Of a stretch of 35,511 bases of DNA, positions 8,633 through 18,193 are shown one piece after another. The stretch spans positions 1 to 35,511 of the forward strand of contig LCEQ01000006.1 of NCBI GenBank assembly GCA_000994805.1, read 5' to 3'. How positions within the stretch are numbered: the stretch's first letter is position 1; every line of letters begins with the position of its first letter. The notes beneath the pieces were generated by a model. The model was not told the origin of the DNA. It made no database searches and worked only from the letters and a program-made list of their open reading frames with translations. The translations under genes and the position numbers were made by a program. The DNA comes from Candidatus Azambacteria bacterium GW2011_GWA2_42_9 (lineage in GTDB: Bacteria; Patescibacteriota; Minisyncoccia; UBA10092).

Positions 8633-8779
8633 TTATTTTCCAAAAAATTTCATTCGGCTGACATGCTTTTTCTCGCTTTTTACATTGCGTATGGCAATGT
8701 TTTTTCTTATGCGCCATTTGTCGCCGGTCCGAAAAGCCGTTTTATTGCCGCGAGCATTTTTTCTGGAATAATTTTTCAT
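8633..8779 (-). CDS. small, very basic protein (48 aa), not in the ORF track
   Basis: MKNYSRKNARGNKTAFRTGDKWRIRKNIAIRNVKSEKKHVSRMKFFGK fills the gap between two co-directional genes (6-nt and 1-nt spacing). Confidence 0.55.
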   Translation of the reverse strand: MKNYSRKNARGNKTAFRTGDKWRIRKNIAIRNVKSEKKHVSRMKFFGK

Positions 8780-8785
8780 GACTAA

Positions 8786-9931
8786 TTAGAAAAAGTTAAT
8801 TCCACCATCATTAATAATTTTTTGGCCTTTATTTTTTTTGTCAAAATCCTGTTCGCTTGTAAACATTTCAACCGTCAGACCGTTTCTGGGAATTACAAAA
8901 TCATAGTGGGAACTAGCGGTATGAAAACCCTCGGCGCCCTCGTCTCCGTGTTTTGCGTCGCCGAAAGCCAGATGTATGGTTCCAAATCTTTTTTCGGCCT
9001 CAACAACGGAAACGCCAGCGCGTCTGTAGGATTTATCCGGGTCGGCCACAACCCCTCTGGCCTTGCTGTTTGCCCCAAAGCCCATTTCGGCAATCCGGTA
9101 TGGAGCCCAAGGATCATTGTATTCTTTTTCGCTTTCTTTGGATTCTTTGGCTAACTGGTCTCTTAAAACTTCGGCTGACTTTCCTCCATCAATCGCGACA
9201 ATAACTCCGTCTTTTATCGTCAGTTTAACAAACTCATCAACCCCTTGATGAGTTTTTATCGTTGATTCCAGAACTGGCAACATTAGCGTGCCATTTGTTC
9301 TCGTTTCATCGGGAGTAGTATAAATTTCCCCGACGGGCAGATTGCCCCATTCACCGGGATTAAGCACCCCCGTTTCTTTAATCCATCGGCGTTCCCCTAA
9401 AGGACGGATGGGAATATTTAAATCGGTACCATAGACGGAAGTGATTTTAAAACCCCTTGCCCTGCTTAACAGAGCTTCCATTCTGTTTAAACGCTCAACC
9501 AATTCGGCCGGATTTTCCTCAAGAGCTCCGCCCGGCTTAAACGCTTCCTTATCAATATCCAAAAGCGCCAAAAACCGATTTTTTGTTTCTTTAATATCAT
9601 CATAAATATCGTCTGACGTGCCATAATCTCCGGCGCTTATGCTGATTATCGTTTCGTATTTTTGCAATAATTGCAGAATTTCTTCTTTCTTTGATTTTTT
9701 TGAAAGCATGAACTCTTTTCTTGAAGAGCCAATCGCGTCAATGGCCTTTTCCAAAATAACAGCCGTTTTTCCGTCGGTATCACGATCTTTGATTAATAAA
9801 ACCTTTTCCTCGGATTTTAATTGTAAATATCCTTTTAGTGCCCGTTCGGCCACTTGAACATATTCAGGAGAAACCTCCATTTCCTTTTTCTGTTCAATTT
9901 TTGATTTTGGCGCCTTTTCAACATTCATCAT
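8786..9931 (-). CDS. aminopeptidase (M29/thermophilic metallopeptidase-like)
   Basis: GNLPVGEIYTTP, EMGFGAN, EK..GTIHLAFG, SHYD. Confidence 0.8.
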   Translation of the reverse strand: MMNVEKAPKSKIEQKKEMEVSPEYVQVAERALKGYLQLKSEEKVLLIKDRDTDGKTAVILEKAIDAIGSSRKEFMLSKKSKKEEILQLLQKYETIISISAGDYGTSDDIYDDIKETKNRFLALLDIDKEAFKPGGALEENPAELVERLNRMEALLSRARGFKITSVYGTDLNIPIRPLGERRWIKETGVLNPGEWGNLPVGEIYTTPDETRTNGTLMLPVLESTIKTHQGVDEFVKLTIKDGVIVAIDGGKSAEVLRDQLAKESKESEKEYNDPWAPYRIAEMGFGANSKARGVVADPDKSYRRAGVSVVEAEKRFGTIHLAFGDAKHGDEGAEGFHTASSHYDFVIPRNGLTVEMFTSEQDFDKKNKGQKIINDGGINFF

Positions 9932-9996
9932 ATTATTATATAATATTTTTTGTTTTACTTTATCATAAATTCGTGATAAAGTACAGGTAAAATTTT

Positions 9997-11058
9997 ATGT
10001 CTAATCTTGTTTTATATAGAAAATATCGGCCGCAAAGTTGGGACGAAGTTATCGGTCAGGAACATGTAGTGCGGACGCTGACTAACGCCATCAAACTTGG
10101 TCGTGTCAGCCACGCGTATTTATTTTCCGGCCCCCGAGGCACGGGCAAAACCACCATTGCCCGGCTTCTGGCGAAATCTCTCGGCTGTGCCGACTTGGAT
10201 TTGATTGAAATCGACGCCGCATCAAACCGCGGCATTGACGAAATAAGGCAACTGCGAGAGGGGATTAAATTTTCTCCGATGGCGGGAAAATACAAGGTCT
10301 TTATAATTGATGAAGTCCACCAACTCACTAAAGAAGCGTTTAACGCGCTTTTAAAAACATTAGAAGAGCCGCCGGCGCACGCCATATTCGTTTTGGCGAC
10401 AACAGAAGCGCATAAAGTTCCCGAAACGATTTTATCGCGCGTCCAGCATTTCAATTTCAAAAGATTGGCGGTTTCCGATATTATCAAAAAACTGGAAAGA
10501 ATCACGACGGCGGAAAAAATAAAAATTGATCCGGACGCCGTGCGTTTGGTGGCGAATTTTGCCGGAGGAAGCTACCGCGACGCCGAATCAATGCTTGAGC
10601 AATTGCGGGTCTGGAATGATAAAACTATAATCAAACAAGACATTGAAGAACTTTTGGGCGCGGTTGATTTTGAAAAGGTGAAAATAATGACCGACCATCT
10701 TTCGGGAGTTGAGGCAAAACAAGCGATTGATTATATTGGCAAACTCTGCGAAGAGGGAACAGACCTTCAGGAATTTTCCAAAGCCCTGATAAACCACTTG
10801 CGCAAAATAATGCTCATTAAAGTTGATGCTTCATTGGCGAATCTTATGGCGCAGGAGCTTACCCCAGACCAGATGGAAACGGTAAAAAAACAGGCGGAAG
10901 CGTTTTCACTTGATAACGCGGCGAAAGTTATAAGAATCTTTATGTCCGCTCAGCAAGACATTAAGCGTTCGCCAATTCCTTCTCTTCCGATAGAACTGGC
11001 CGTGGTGGAGGTGATTAGTAGCAAGGGACAAATAGAAAGTAATAAGCAAAATGTTTAA
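9997..11058 (+). CDS. dnaX: DNA polymerase III subunit gamma/tau (short form)
   Basis: LYRKYRP, GPRGTGKT, EIDAASNRG, IIDEVH, NALLKTLEEPP. Confidence 0.95.
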   Translation: MSNLVLYRKYRPQSWDEVIGQEHVVRTLTNAIKLGRVSHAYLFSGPRGTGKTTIARLLAKSLGCADLDLIEIDAASNRGIDEIRQLREGIKFSPMAGKYKVFIIDEVHQLTKEAFNALLKTLEEPPAHAIFVLATTEAHKVPETILSRVQHFNFKRLAVSDIIKKLERITTAEKIKIDPDAVRLVANFAGGSYRDAESMLEQLRVWNDKTIIKQDIEELLGAVDFEKVKIMTDHLSGVEAKQAIDYIGKLCEEGTDLQEFSKALINHLRKIMLIKVDASLANLMAQELTPDQMETVKKQAEAFSLDNAAKVIRIFMSAQQDIKRSPIPSLPIELAVVEVISSKGQIESNKQNV

Positions 11059-11062
11059 AAAT

Positions 11063-11133
11063 TGCGGGGTCGTCTAACGGTAGGACACTTCCCTTTGAAG
11101 GAAGTTATTTTGGTCCGAATCCAAACCCCGCAG
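11063..11133 (+). tRNA. tRNA-Gln(TTG)
   Basis: TGCGGGG/CCCCGCA acceptor, CTTCC-CTTTGAA-GGAAG anticodon arm, TTTGG-TCCGAAT-CCAAA T arm, G discriminator, no encoded CCA. Confidence 0.9.
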
Positions 11134-11193
11134 CCGTCATATGCTAAGTCAAATGATTGAGATACATATTAAGTAAATAATAAAAAAATAATT

Positions 11194-11562
11194 ATGAAAG
11201 GCCCAATTTACCAAAATATAATATCTGGAACTGAACCGTTATATCAAAAATATTTTGAAGAAATATTAGATAAAATCGATGTTCAAAATTTTACAAACCA
11301 GGCACTTGGCAGATCATATGATAAAGATAAGATTAAGAATGACTATAAAATTGTTGAACAAATAGTAAATATGGCTAAAGAAAAAAGCCATCTTTCGCCG
11401 TTGGCACTTCAAGTAATGTTAGAACAATATTTATGGGCAGATGTTTATATGCGGGAAATGGATAAAGATAAATGGATTTATCGAGTTATTAATCGGAAAG
11501 ATGAAGACTTTTTTCCAGATTCAATGGTTATTTATAAAAAGTTTTTTGAAGATAAACAATAA
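11194..11562 (+). CDS. hypothetical protein
   Basis: 122-aa ORF in an AT-rich three-gene run after tRNA-Gln. Confidence 0.6.
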   Translation: MKGPIYQNIISGTEPLYQKYFEEILDKIDVQNFTNQALGRSYDKDKIKNDYKIVEQIVNMAKEKSHLSPLALQVMLEQYLWADVYMREMDKDKWIYRVINRKDEDFFPDSMVIYKKFFEDKQ

Positions 11563-11570
11563 ATAATAAT

Positions 11571-11846
11571 ATGAATGTTATAGCGGGGATATTAATTGGT
11601 ATTATTAACAATTCATGGCTTGCAATTATCGTAGCGCCATTACTTTGGGGTATTGTATGGTGCGTTTTGCAATTTATTTATAAAAATAAACTTAATAATT
11701 ATTTAGATCGTGCCAAAGAAAAAAACCTACCTCTGAAATGGAAAATGAGCCACACTCAAAGCTTTTACTTTATCGAATATTTAACAAGTAGCACAACTGC
11801 TTTAATTTTTTCTGTTTTAGTTAAATTAATAAAAGATCTAATTTAA
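11571..11846 (+). CDS. hypothetical membrane protein
   Basis: 91 aa with hydrophobic segments, tight operon spacing. Confidence 0.6.
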   Translation: MNVIAGILIGIINNSWLAIIVAPLLWGIVWCVLQFIYKNKLNNYLDRAKEKNLPLKWKMSHTQSFYFIEYLTSSTTALIFSVLVKLIKDLI

Positions 11847-11847
11847 T

Positions 11848-12426
11848 ATGGCCGAAGGGAGAATAAAATTAACAGAAAATGAACTTGAAGAATTTTATAC
11901 CAAGCTTGGTTCGCGACATTTTAAATTACAAGAAGAGATATTTAAAGAATATGGGTACAAAAAATTAGATATTTATTTCAAGTTGATTGAGTTTACTTAT
12001 CAGATTGTTACGGTAATAGGCGTTATTGCGGGCCTAGGATTTACCGCTCTTTCCTCCATTCAAAATCGTTACTCATTTGTCATGGGTGAAGCCTTTTTAT
12101 TTCTCGGAATTTTATTTGGTATTTATTTGGTGCATAAAATTTATTCGGGAGAGCTACTTAGTTTTCAACGAGCCCAGAATATTCACAAAAAGCATTTTGG
12201 GGAAAGAAACGAATTCTTTAAAAAGATATGGACCGAACTTAAAGCTGATGGTGCCAATATAGCAGATTGGGAAAAATTAAAACAGATAGATGATAAAACA
12301 ATTGAAATTTTCGATTCTAAAGATGAGGAATTAGACGATATTTATAGGCTAAAAGCGTACCAAAGAATTTTATTATATTTTTTGGCCGCAGGTTGTTTCA
12401 TGATTTTATTTTCTATTATTTTTTAA
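11848..12426 (+). CDS. hypothetical membrane protein
   Basis: 192 aa with about three TM segments. Confidence 0.65.
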   Translation: MAEGRIKLTENELEEFYTKLGSRHFKLQEEIFKEYGYKKLDIYFKLIEFTYQIVTVIGVIAGLGFTALSSIQNRYSFVMGEAFLFLGILFGIYLVHKIYSGELLSFQRAQNIHKKHFGERNEFFKKIWTELKADGANIADWEKLKQIDDKTIEIFDSKDEELDDIYRLKAYQRILLYFLAAGCFMILFSIIF

Positions 12427-12549
12427 TTAAATAGATCCGACCGAGACGCCTCAATCTGATATACTGAATTAGCCCTAAAAAGCTCTCAACGGCCTTGCTG
12501 GGTGTGGTTCCAGACCAAGTTAGTCAGCCAATAAATTTTAATAAAAACA

Positions 12550-13141
12550 ATGAATAAAATAATATTTTTTGATGCCGACGGCGTACTTATAGTTCAGCGG
12601 GAAAAGTTTTTTAGCCAACGATTATTCGAGGACTAAGGAGTTTCCGTTGAACTCATCATGCCTCTTTTTAAAAACGAATTTTATAAATGCGTTCTTGGAG
12701 AAATGGACCTTAAAGAAGTGCTTAAATCCTATATTGAAAAATGGGGGTGGAAAGGTTCTATTGATGAACTGCTCAAATATTGGTGGGAAGGAGAGAATAA
12801 ACCAAATATTTTCGTATTAGAGGTGGTAGATCAACTACGCGCGCGAGGCGTGAAATGTTACCTTACCACAGACCAAGAAAAATATCGGGCGGATTATATT
12901 ATGAATGGAGTTGGTCTTAAAGAACATTTGGATGGAGCATTCTTCTCTTATGATTTGGGTGTAAGTAAAAGCAAACGAGAATACTGGGAAAAAGTTTTAC
13001 AGACACTCAATATTAAAAATCCTCAGGAAGTTCAATGTTGGGATGATGAACAAGAAAATATCGATGTAGCCCAAGAGGTGGGTATTGAAGCTCACTTGTA
13101 TCTTGTATACAGATATTAGTGATTTGAAAATATTGATTTAA
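12550..13141 (+). pseudogene. HAD-superfamily hydrolase, disrupted
   Basis: MNKIIFFDADGVL (HAD motif I), in-frame TAA at 12634-12636, then continues into ORF 12658 with WDD motif IV. A 7-bp duplication CTTGTAT (13095-13108) frameshifts the C-terminus. Confidence 0.8.
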
Positions 13142-13149
13142 AAAGTTGA

Positions 13150-13215
13150 ATGCCCAAACCAAAATCAATTTGCGTATTCGGAGACAGCGTCACTTGCGGC
13201 GCGTGAAGTTTGGAA
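13150..13215 (+). repeat. truncated copy of the 5' end of the SGNH hydrolase gene
   Basis: 13150-13187 is identical to 13935-13972 (38 bp); similarity continues to about 66 bp; reads MPKPKSICVFGDSVTCGA*. Confidence 0.85.
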
Positions 13216-13305
13216 TTTGATTTTTAAACGTCCGGATGTTAAAAATAATTATTAGCGTTATTTTGAAGCCGGTCGCAGTTCTTTTATAAGAGGAGGTAGG
13301 AAACC

Positions 13306-13839
13306 ATGGCTGATTCCCTGAAAAACCAAGTACTTTGTTCGGTATTTGCCTGCCTGGCTGACCAGATAATGTCGAGAGGAAAAACTTCCGAATCCTTCGC
13401 GGCCATTATCATTCTTTTGAAAAACATGAAACCGGAACAGCCGGTTGTGGACTTCGTCGCCAAAAAATATCTGGAAATCTTTAGGAATAACCGGGACTTT
13501 CCCGCCCGCCACAATATTGATGCATTGGACGCGGCTACCAGAGTGATTGATTTCGCCGCTTCCGCCGCGGTCGTTGAAGAGGTAATCCGGGAAACCGCCA
13601 AAATGGGATGGTACGGCCGGATTGAAGATATGGCAAAGAGATTACTGAATCGGGGACTGACAGAGCAGGAAATGCGCTGGCTGGTTGACAGTTATTTGGA
13701 TCATAAGGGCACGCAAAGCAACTCGGCAGAAGAAACTCTCTGTGAACTTGCCCGGAAATACCTGAAACCGCAGGAAGCGCGCAATGTGGAAATCCGGCTT
13801 CAGAAGTTTAGGCGTGCATTTGAAAGCGACCCCCTTTAG
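13306..13839 (+). CDS. hypothetical alpha-helical protein
   Basis: 177 aa; AGGAGGT SD at 13291-13297; own terminator. Confidence 0.7.
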   Translation: MADSLKNQVLCSVFACLADQIMSRGKTSESFAAIIILLKNMKPEQPVVDFVAKKYLEIFRNNRDFPARHNIDALDAATRVIDFAASAAVVEEVIRETAKMGWYGRIEDMAKRLLNRGLTEQEMRWLVDSYLDHKGTQSNSAEETLCELARKYLKPQEARNVEIRLQKFRRAFESDPL

Positions 13840-13858
13840 GCGAAAGCGAATTTGAAAT

Positions 13859-13886
13859 GAAACCGCGGCTTGTCCGGCGGTTTTTT
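13859..13886 (+). terminator. intrinsic terminator
   Basis: AAAACCGCGG-CTTGT-CCGGCGG followed by a T tract. Confidence 0.65.
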
Positions 13887-13934
13887 GTTTTCGCCGCTTC
13901 CGCTATTTAAGTTTTTAAGGTAAAATTTAGCCGT

Positions 13935-14542
13935 ATGCCCAAACCAAAATCAATTTGCGTATTCGGAGACAGTACGGCTTGGGGCGCGTGGGATTTGGAA
14001 AAAGGCGGCTGGGTAAATCGCCTCTGGTTTCATGTTGCCCAAAGAAATGGTGATTACTATGTTGAAATATACAATTGCAGCGTTTCCGGCGGCACAACCG
14101 AAACGATTTTAGAAAGGTTCGAAAATGAAGCGAAAATAAGAAATGCCGACGCTTTGATATTTCAAACTGGCGGGAATGACGCTTCTTATGAAAATAAACC
14201 GGGTAATTATCTGGTTGCGCCAGAAAAGTTTAAAGAAAACCTTAAAGAAATCATCAAGCGATCCAAGGAAATTACCGATAATATTATTTTTATGGATTTA
14301 AAGAATTGCGATGAATCCAAAACAATGCCAGTATCATGGATTGATATTTACTATACTAACGAAAATATAAAGAAATACAGTGAAATTATACAGGAAGTTT
14401 GTAATAAAATAATGTCCTATTTTTGGATTTGGAATTATTAGACAACAATGATTTTGATGATGGCCTTCATCCCAACGCTCAAGGCCACGAAAAGATTTTT
14501 AATCAGGTAAAGGATTTTTTGATTGAAAAGGGATGGATTTAG
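13935..14542 (+). pseudogene. SGNH/GDSL hydrolase with a frameshift
   Basis: FGDS block I and GGND block III in ORF 13935-14441; the catalytic DGLHPN block lies in another frame after the A run at 14406-14409 and ends at TAG 14542. Confidence 0.8.
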
Positions 14543-14577
14543 TCCGCCCAAAACGCGTCAATATGAATTATAGTTGA

Positions 14578-15789
14578 TTAAAAACGCCTGTAATGGCGGC
14601 GGTGGCCAGCGGGAACCGCCGGTTTGGGCGCGATAATTGCCGGTTTTTTGGGAGCGTTTAAAGGCATTCTGGCGGGAGGCATTTGCGGCAACGCGGACAA
14701 AGGCAGTGTCGCGCGGATAAGGCGTTCAATGCTCCGCACGTCGTTTTTTTGGTCCGGAGTGGCAAAAGAAATGGCGTGGCCGATGCCGCCTATCCTTCCG
14801 GTCCGTCCGATACGATGAACGTAATTTTCCGGGTGTTGAGGGAGGTCATAGTTTAAAACAAGTTCAATCCCTTTCACATCTATGCCACGGGCGGCGATGT
14901 CGGTCGCGACGAGAATTCTGTATTTGCCGTTTCTGAATCCGTCCAGCGCTTCCCGGCGCTGGTTTAATGACTTGTTGGAATGAATCTCGGCCACGATATG
15001 GCCAAGTGTCCGGATGCCTTGCGTAATTTTTCTGGCGCCGTGCTTAGTCCGCGCGAATATCAGTATGGACCCGCGGTATTCGCCAAGAATTTTTTGGAGA
15101 AGCCGCGGTTTATCCTGTTTCTCCAAGAAAAAAAGCTCTTGAGTAACTTTGGCGGCCGGAGTGCCCGACGGGGCGACTTCAATGCGGACGGGAAGCTTCA
15201 TATATGTCTTCGCTATGTCAAAAATATCTTGAGGCATTGTCGCCGAGAAAAGAAGGGTTTGCCGATTGCGAGGCAGCGCCTGTAATATTCGTTTGAGTTG
15301 CGGCGCGAAACCCATGTCCAGCATGTGATCCGCCTCGTCCAATACCAAAACAGCGACTGCTCCAAGCGAAACGGTTTTCTGTTCCAGGTGGTCAATAATC
15401 CGTCCCGGAGTGCCGATTATGATTTGCGGACTTCCTCTAAGCGCCTGTACCTGGCGATTAATGGATTCGCCGCCGATTAAAACAGCCGTTCTCACACCGA
15501 GAGACGATCCGACTTTGCGAAAAACCTCATTAACTTGGAGCGCGAGCTCTCGCGTTGGCAACACGATAAGCCCCTTATTGCCGCGCAGCGCCGCCTGAAT
15601 CATCGGCACGGCGAAAGCCAGTGTTTTTCCCGTTCCTGTCTGGGCAATGCCTATCATGTCCTTGCCCTCTATTGCCAGAGGGATAGATTTTTCCTGAATA
15701 GGGGTAGGAATTTTGAAGTTTAATCTGTGGAGTATCTCCAATATATTGGGCGCGATACCGAGATTGTAGAAATCAGAAGATTGGTTCAT
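14578..15789 (-). CDS. DEAD-box RNA helicase
   Basis: Q motif, AQTGTGKT, PTRELA, TPGR, DEAD, SAT, ARGID, HRIGRTGR. Confidence 0.95.
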   Translation of the reverse strand: MNQSSDFYNLGIAPNILEILHRLNFKIPTPIQEKSIPLAIEGKDMIGIAQTGTGKTLAFAVPMIQAALRGNKGLIVLPTRELALQVNEVFRKVGSSLGVRTAVLIGGESINRQVQALRGSPQIIIGTPGRIIDHLEQKTVSLGAVAVLVLDEADHMLDMGFAPQLKRILQALPRNRQTLLFSATMPQDIFDIAKTYMKLPVRIEVAPSGTPAAKVTQELFFLEKQDKPRLLQKILGEYRGSILIFARTKHGARKITQGIRTLGHIVAEIHSNKSLNQRREALDGFRNGKYRILVATDIAARGIDVKGIELVLNYDLPQHPENYVHRIGRTGRIGGIGHAISFATPDQKNDVRSIERLIRATLPLSALPQMPPARMPLNAPKKPAIIAPKPAVPAGHRRHYRRF

Positions 15790-15905
15790 TTTCAGTATTA
15801 TGGCATAAAATCACGAGAAACACAACCATTGCTTTATTTCATCGCTGGCAAAATCGCCTCAATTTGATATACTAAATAAAGATAACCCTTGGTAAAATAT
15901 AAATT

Positions 15906-16241
15906 ATGGAAGAAGTACCGTCGGTTGAAAAACAAGAAAACGCGGAGCAGCGCCTCGCCCGCTTACTCAAGGAAAAGGGTGCGGAAGATCCTGAAGCCAG
16001 AGATCTTTTAGACGCGTGGACGCGTGAACAAGAAGAGCGCGTTGAGGAAGGGAGCGACCCTGCCGCGAAAATCGAATTCAACCTCAAACGGGCGAGGTTG
16101 TATTTTGAGGCCGGCTATGTAGAGGAGGCGCTTGAAAACTTTGAAGCCGCCAGAATGCAGGCATGGAATGAAAACAGACAAGAACTTTATGAGGCAATCA
16201 TGGCCGAAATGGATACGCTGGAAAGCGGCTTAGAAAAATAA
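15906..16241 (+). CDS. hypothetical acidic protein with a TPR-like helix pair
   Basis: 111 aa; ARLYFEAGYVEEALENFEAA. Confidence 0.65.
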   Translation: MEEVPSVEKQENAEQRLARLLKEKGAEDPEARDLLDAWTREQEERVEEGSDPAAKIEFNLKRARLYFEAGYVEEALENFEAARMQAWNENRQELYEAIMAEMDTLESGLEK

Positions 16242-16257
16242 TACCTCAATTAAACAC

Positions 16258-16779
16258 ATGAAAACAATTCTTTACATGGGCATATCGGCTAACGGATATA
16301 TTGCCAAGACGGATGGCAATTCGGAATGGACTTCGGAAGAAGATTTGAAAGGCTTTTATGAACAAAGCAAAAAGGCCGGAAATATAATCATGGGCAAGAA
16401 CACCTATCTCGCAGCTTTGCAATACGGTTATTTCCCGTTTCCAGATTCATTGAATGTTGTAGTTTCTCACAAACAAATAGAAAATAAGTGGGGAGATAAT
16501 GTGATAATAATGGATAAGCCGCCGAAAGAAATTTTGGCGATGCTTGAGCAGAAAGGATTTACTGCGGCATTTTTAGCCGGCGGAGGGCAGTTAAACGCTT
16601 CTTTTGTTAAAGAAGGATTGATAGACGAAATATATTTGGATATTGAGCCGCTGATTTTGGGGCAAGGCATTAAAATCTTTGCTGATGCGGATTTTGAATT
16701 TTGGATGGAATTAATCGATTTTAAAAAATTAAATATCAATACCATCCAGCTACATTATAAAGTTATTAAAAACCAATAA
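16258..16779 (+). CDS. dihydrofolate reductase / RibD C-terminal domain family protein
   Basis: SANGYIA, IIMGKNTY, LAGGGQL, LIDEI, PLILGQG. Confidence 0.88.
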   Translation: MKTILYMGISANGYIAKTDGNSEWTSEEDLKGFYEQSKKAGNIIMGKNTYLAALQYGYFPFPDSLNVVVSHKQIENKWGDNVIIMDKPPKEILAMLEQKGFTAAFLAGGGQLNASFVKEGLIDEIYLDIEPLILGQGIKIFADADFEFWMELIDFKKLNINTIQLHYKVIKNQ

Positions 16780-16782
16780 AAT

Positions 16783-17127
16783 ATGAAAAATATAATAATT
16801 AAAAATGCTCTAGTTAACGCGTTGTTGACAGCGCTATATATCGTAATAATAGCTTCGTTTATGTTTTATGGGCAAAAATTTTTCGGAGGACCTAATCAGG
16901 CCGATATCGTACTTATGCCAATTATTATGCTTTCACTTCTAGTATTTTCTACGGCTGTTGTAGGTTCGCTAATATTCGGCCGGCCTATTATGTGGTATTT
17001 AGACGGCCAAAAGAAGGAGGCAATTTCACTATTAGTTTACACATTAGGAATTTTCCTGATTATCACAATTTTGGCGCTTGTTGCTTTATTTATATATCTT
17101 CGCCTAGCTGTTATAATGGGGGCATGA
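16783..17127 (+). CDS. hypothetical membrane protein (about 3 TM)
   Basis: 114 aa, hydrophobic; stop overlaps the next ATG (ATGA). Confidence 0.7.
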   Translation: MKNIIIKNALVNALLTALYIVIIASFMFYGQKFFGGPNQADIVLMPIIMLSLLVFSTAVVGSLIFGRPIMWYLDGQKKEAISLLVYTLGIFLIITILALVALFIYLRLAVIMGA

Positions 17128-18143
17128 AGCCAACCATAATAACGGTTGCGATTCTGGCAATTGTTTTTCCATTTTTTAGTGCAAGCGCGGCGGACAATAC
17201 ATCTTATGACTATTTACGCGTTTTTTATTACAGAGAAGGCAAACTCGCTCGCGAATCGCTTTTCAGTTATTACAAATCAATAGATATTTTAGCGCCTCAG
17301 TCGTACTCCTTAAACGGCGATGGCAAACTTACCGGAAGCGTCAAGCCGGATATACTAGCATTTGTCGGGGCAAATAAAATAAAAATGATGCCGCTTGTAA
17401 CAAACGGCAATTTCGATAAATCCTATCAAACGCTTCTTAATGATTCCGCCAAACAAGAGGCAGCTATAAACGCCTTAATCGCCGAAGCGGCCAAAAACGG
17501 CTATTGGGGCTGGCAGATAGATTTTGAACAAATGGAATTTGCCTGGCGGGACAGATTTTCCGCTTTCGTTAAAAAAACGGCTGAATCTTTCAAGAAAAAT
17601 AATCTGGTGCTAAGCGTCGCCGTAATCGCCCAGGTTTCCGACAAGCCGGACGATTACCCGAACGACCTTTGGCGCAAAACTATCGGCGTTTACGATTATG
17701 CCGCTTTAGGCGCCGGCGCCGATTTTATAAGCGTTATGTCTTACGACGATCCGGGGTCCATCGGCCCGGTAGTCCAATACTCCTGGCTAAAACGCGTGCT
17801 TGAATACAGCTTAAAATACATACCAAATGAAAAGCTCTCAATGGGTATTCCTCTTTATTACTGGCAGTGGAACAGTACAACCGGCGCTCGCGTCGGAGCC
17901 GGCGGAAGAAAGGGGATTTATAATGTTTTCGCGAAACACAAGGTTTCCGTAAGCTACGACAAAAAAATGGAAGCGGCGTTTCTGACTTACTATAACCGCT
18001 CCAAGCCGTATATAATCTGGTACGAAAATGCCAAGAGCTTGGCAAAAAAGATAGAGCTGATGAAACAATACGAGCTCCACGGCTTTTCCGCCTGGGCGCT
18101 GGGCTTGGAGCTTCCCAGCATTTTCAACGTGATTAAAAAATAA
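17124..18143 (+). CDS. secreted glycoside hydrolase family 18-like protein
   Basis: Signal peptide from ATG 17124; GWQIDFE (variant DxDxE), VMSYD, MGIPLY, WYEN, GFSAWALG. Confidence 0.85.
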   Translation: MKPTIITVAILAIVFPFFSASAADNTSYDYLRVFYYREGKLARESLFSYYKSIDILAPQSYSLNGDGKLTGSVKPDILAFVGANKIKMMPLVTNGNFDKSYQTLLNDSAKQEAAINALIAEAAKNGYWGWQIDFEQMEFAWRDRFSAFVKKTAESFKKNNLVLSVAVIAQVSDKPDDYPNDLWRKTIGVYDYAALGAGADFISVMSYDDPGSIGPVVQYSWLKRVLEYSLKYIPNEKLSMGIPLYYWQWNSTTGARVGAGGRKGIYNVFAKHKVSVSYDKKMEAAFLTYYNRSKPYIIWYENAKSLAKKIELMKQYELHGFSAWALGLELPSIFNVIKK

Positions 18144-18193
18144 CCGGATTTTTGGTTGTCGTGGGAGTAAATTTGAGATAAAATTAAAACAAT

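Noticed and set aside
12634-12636. Stop-codon recoding in the HAD gene
   Set aside because: TAA ends many genes in this window, and the gene has a second independent lesion
16992-17123. N-terminal extension of the GH18 ORF
   Set aside because: Overlaps the upstream gene; the signal peptide begins at ATG 17124
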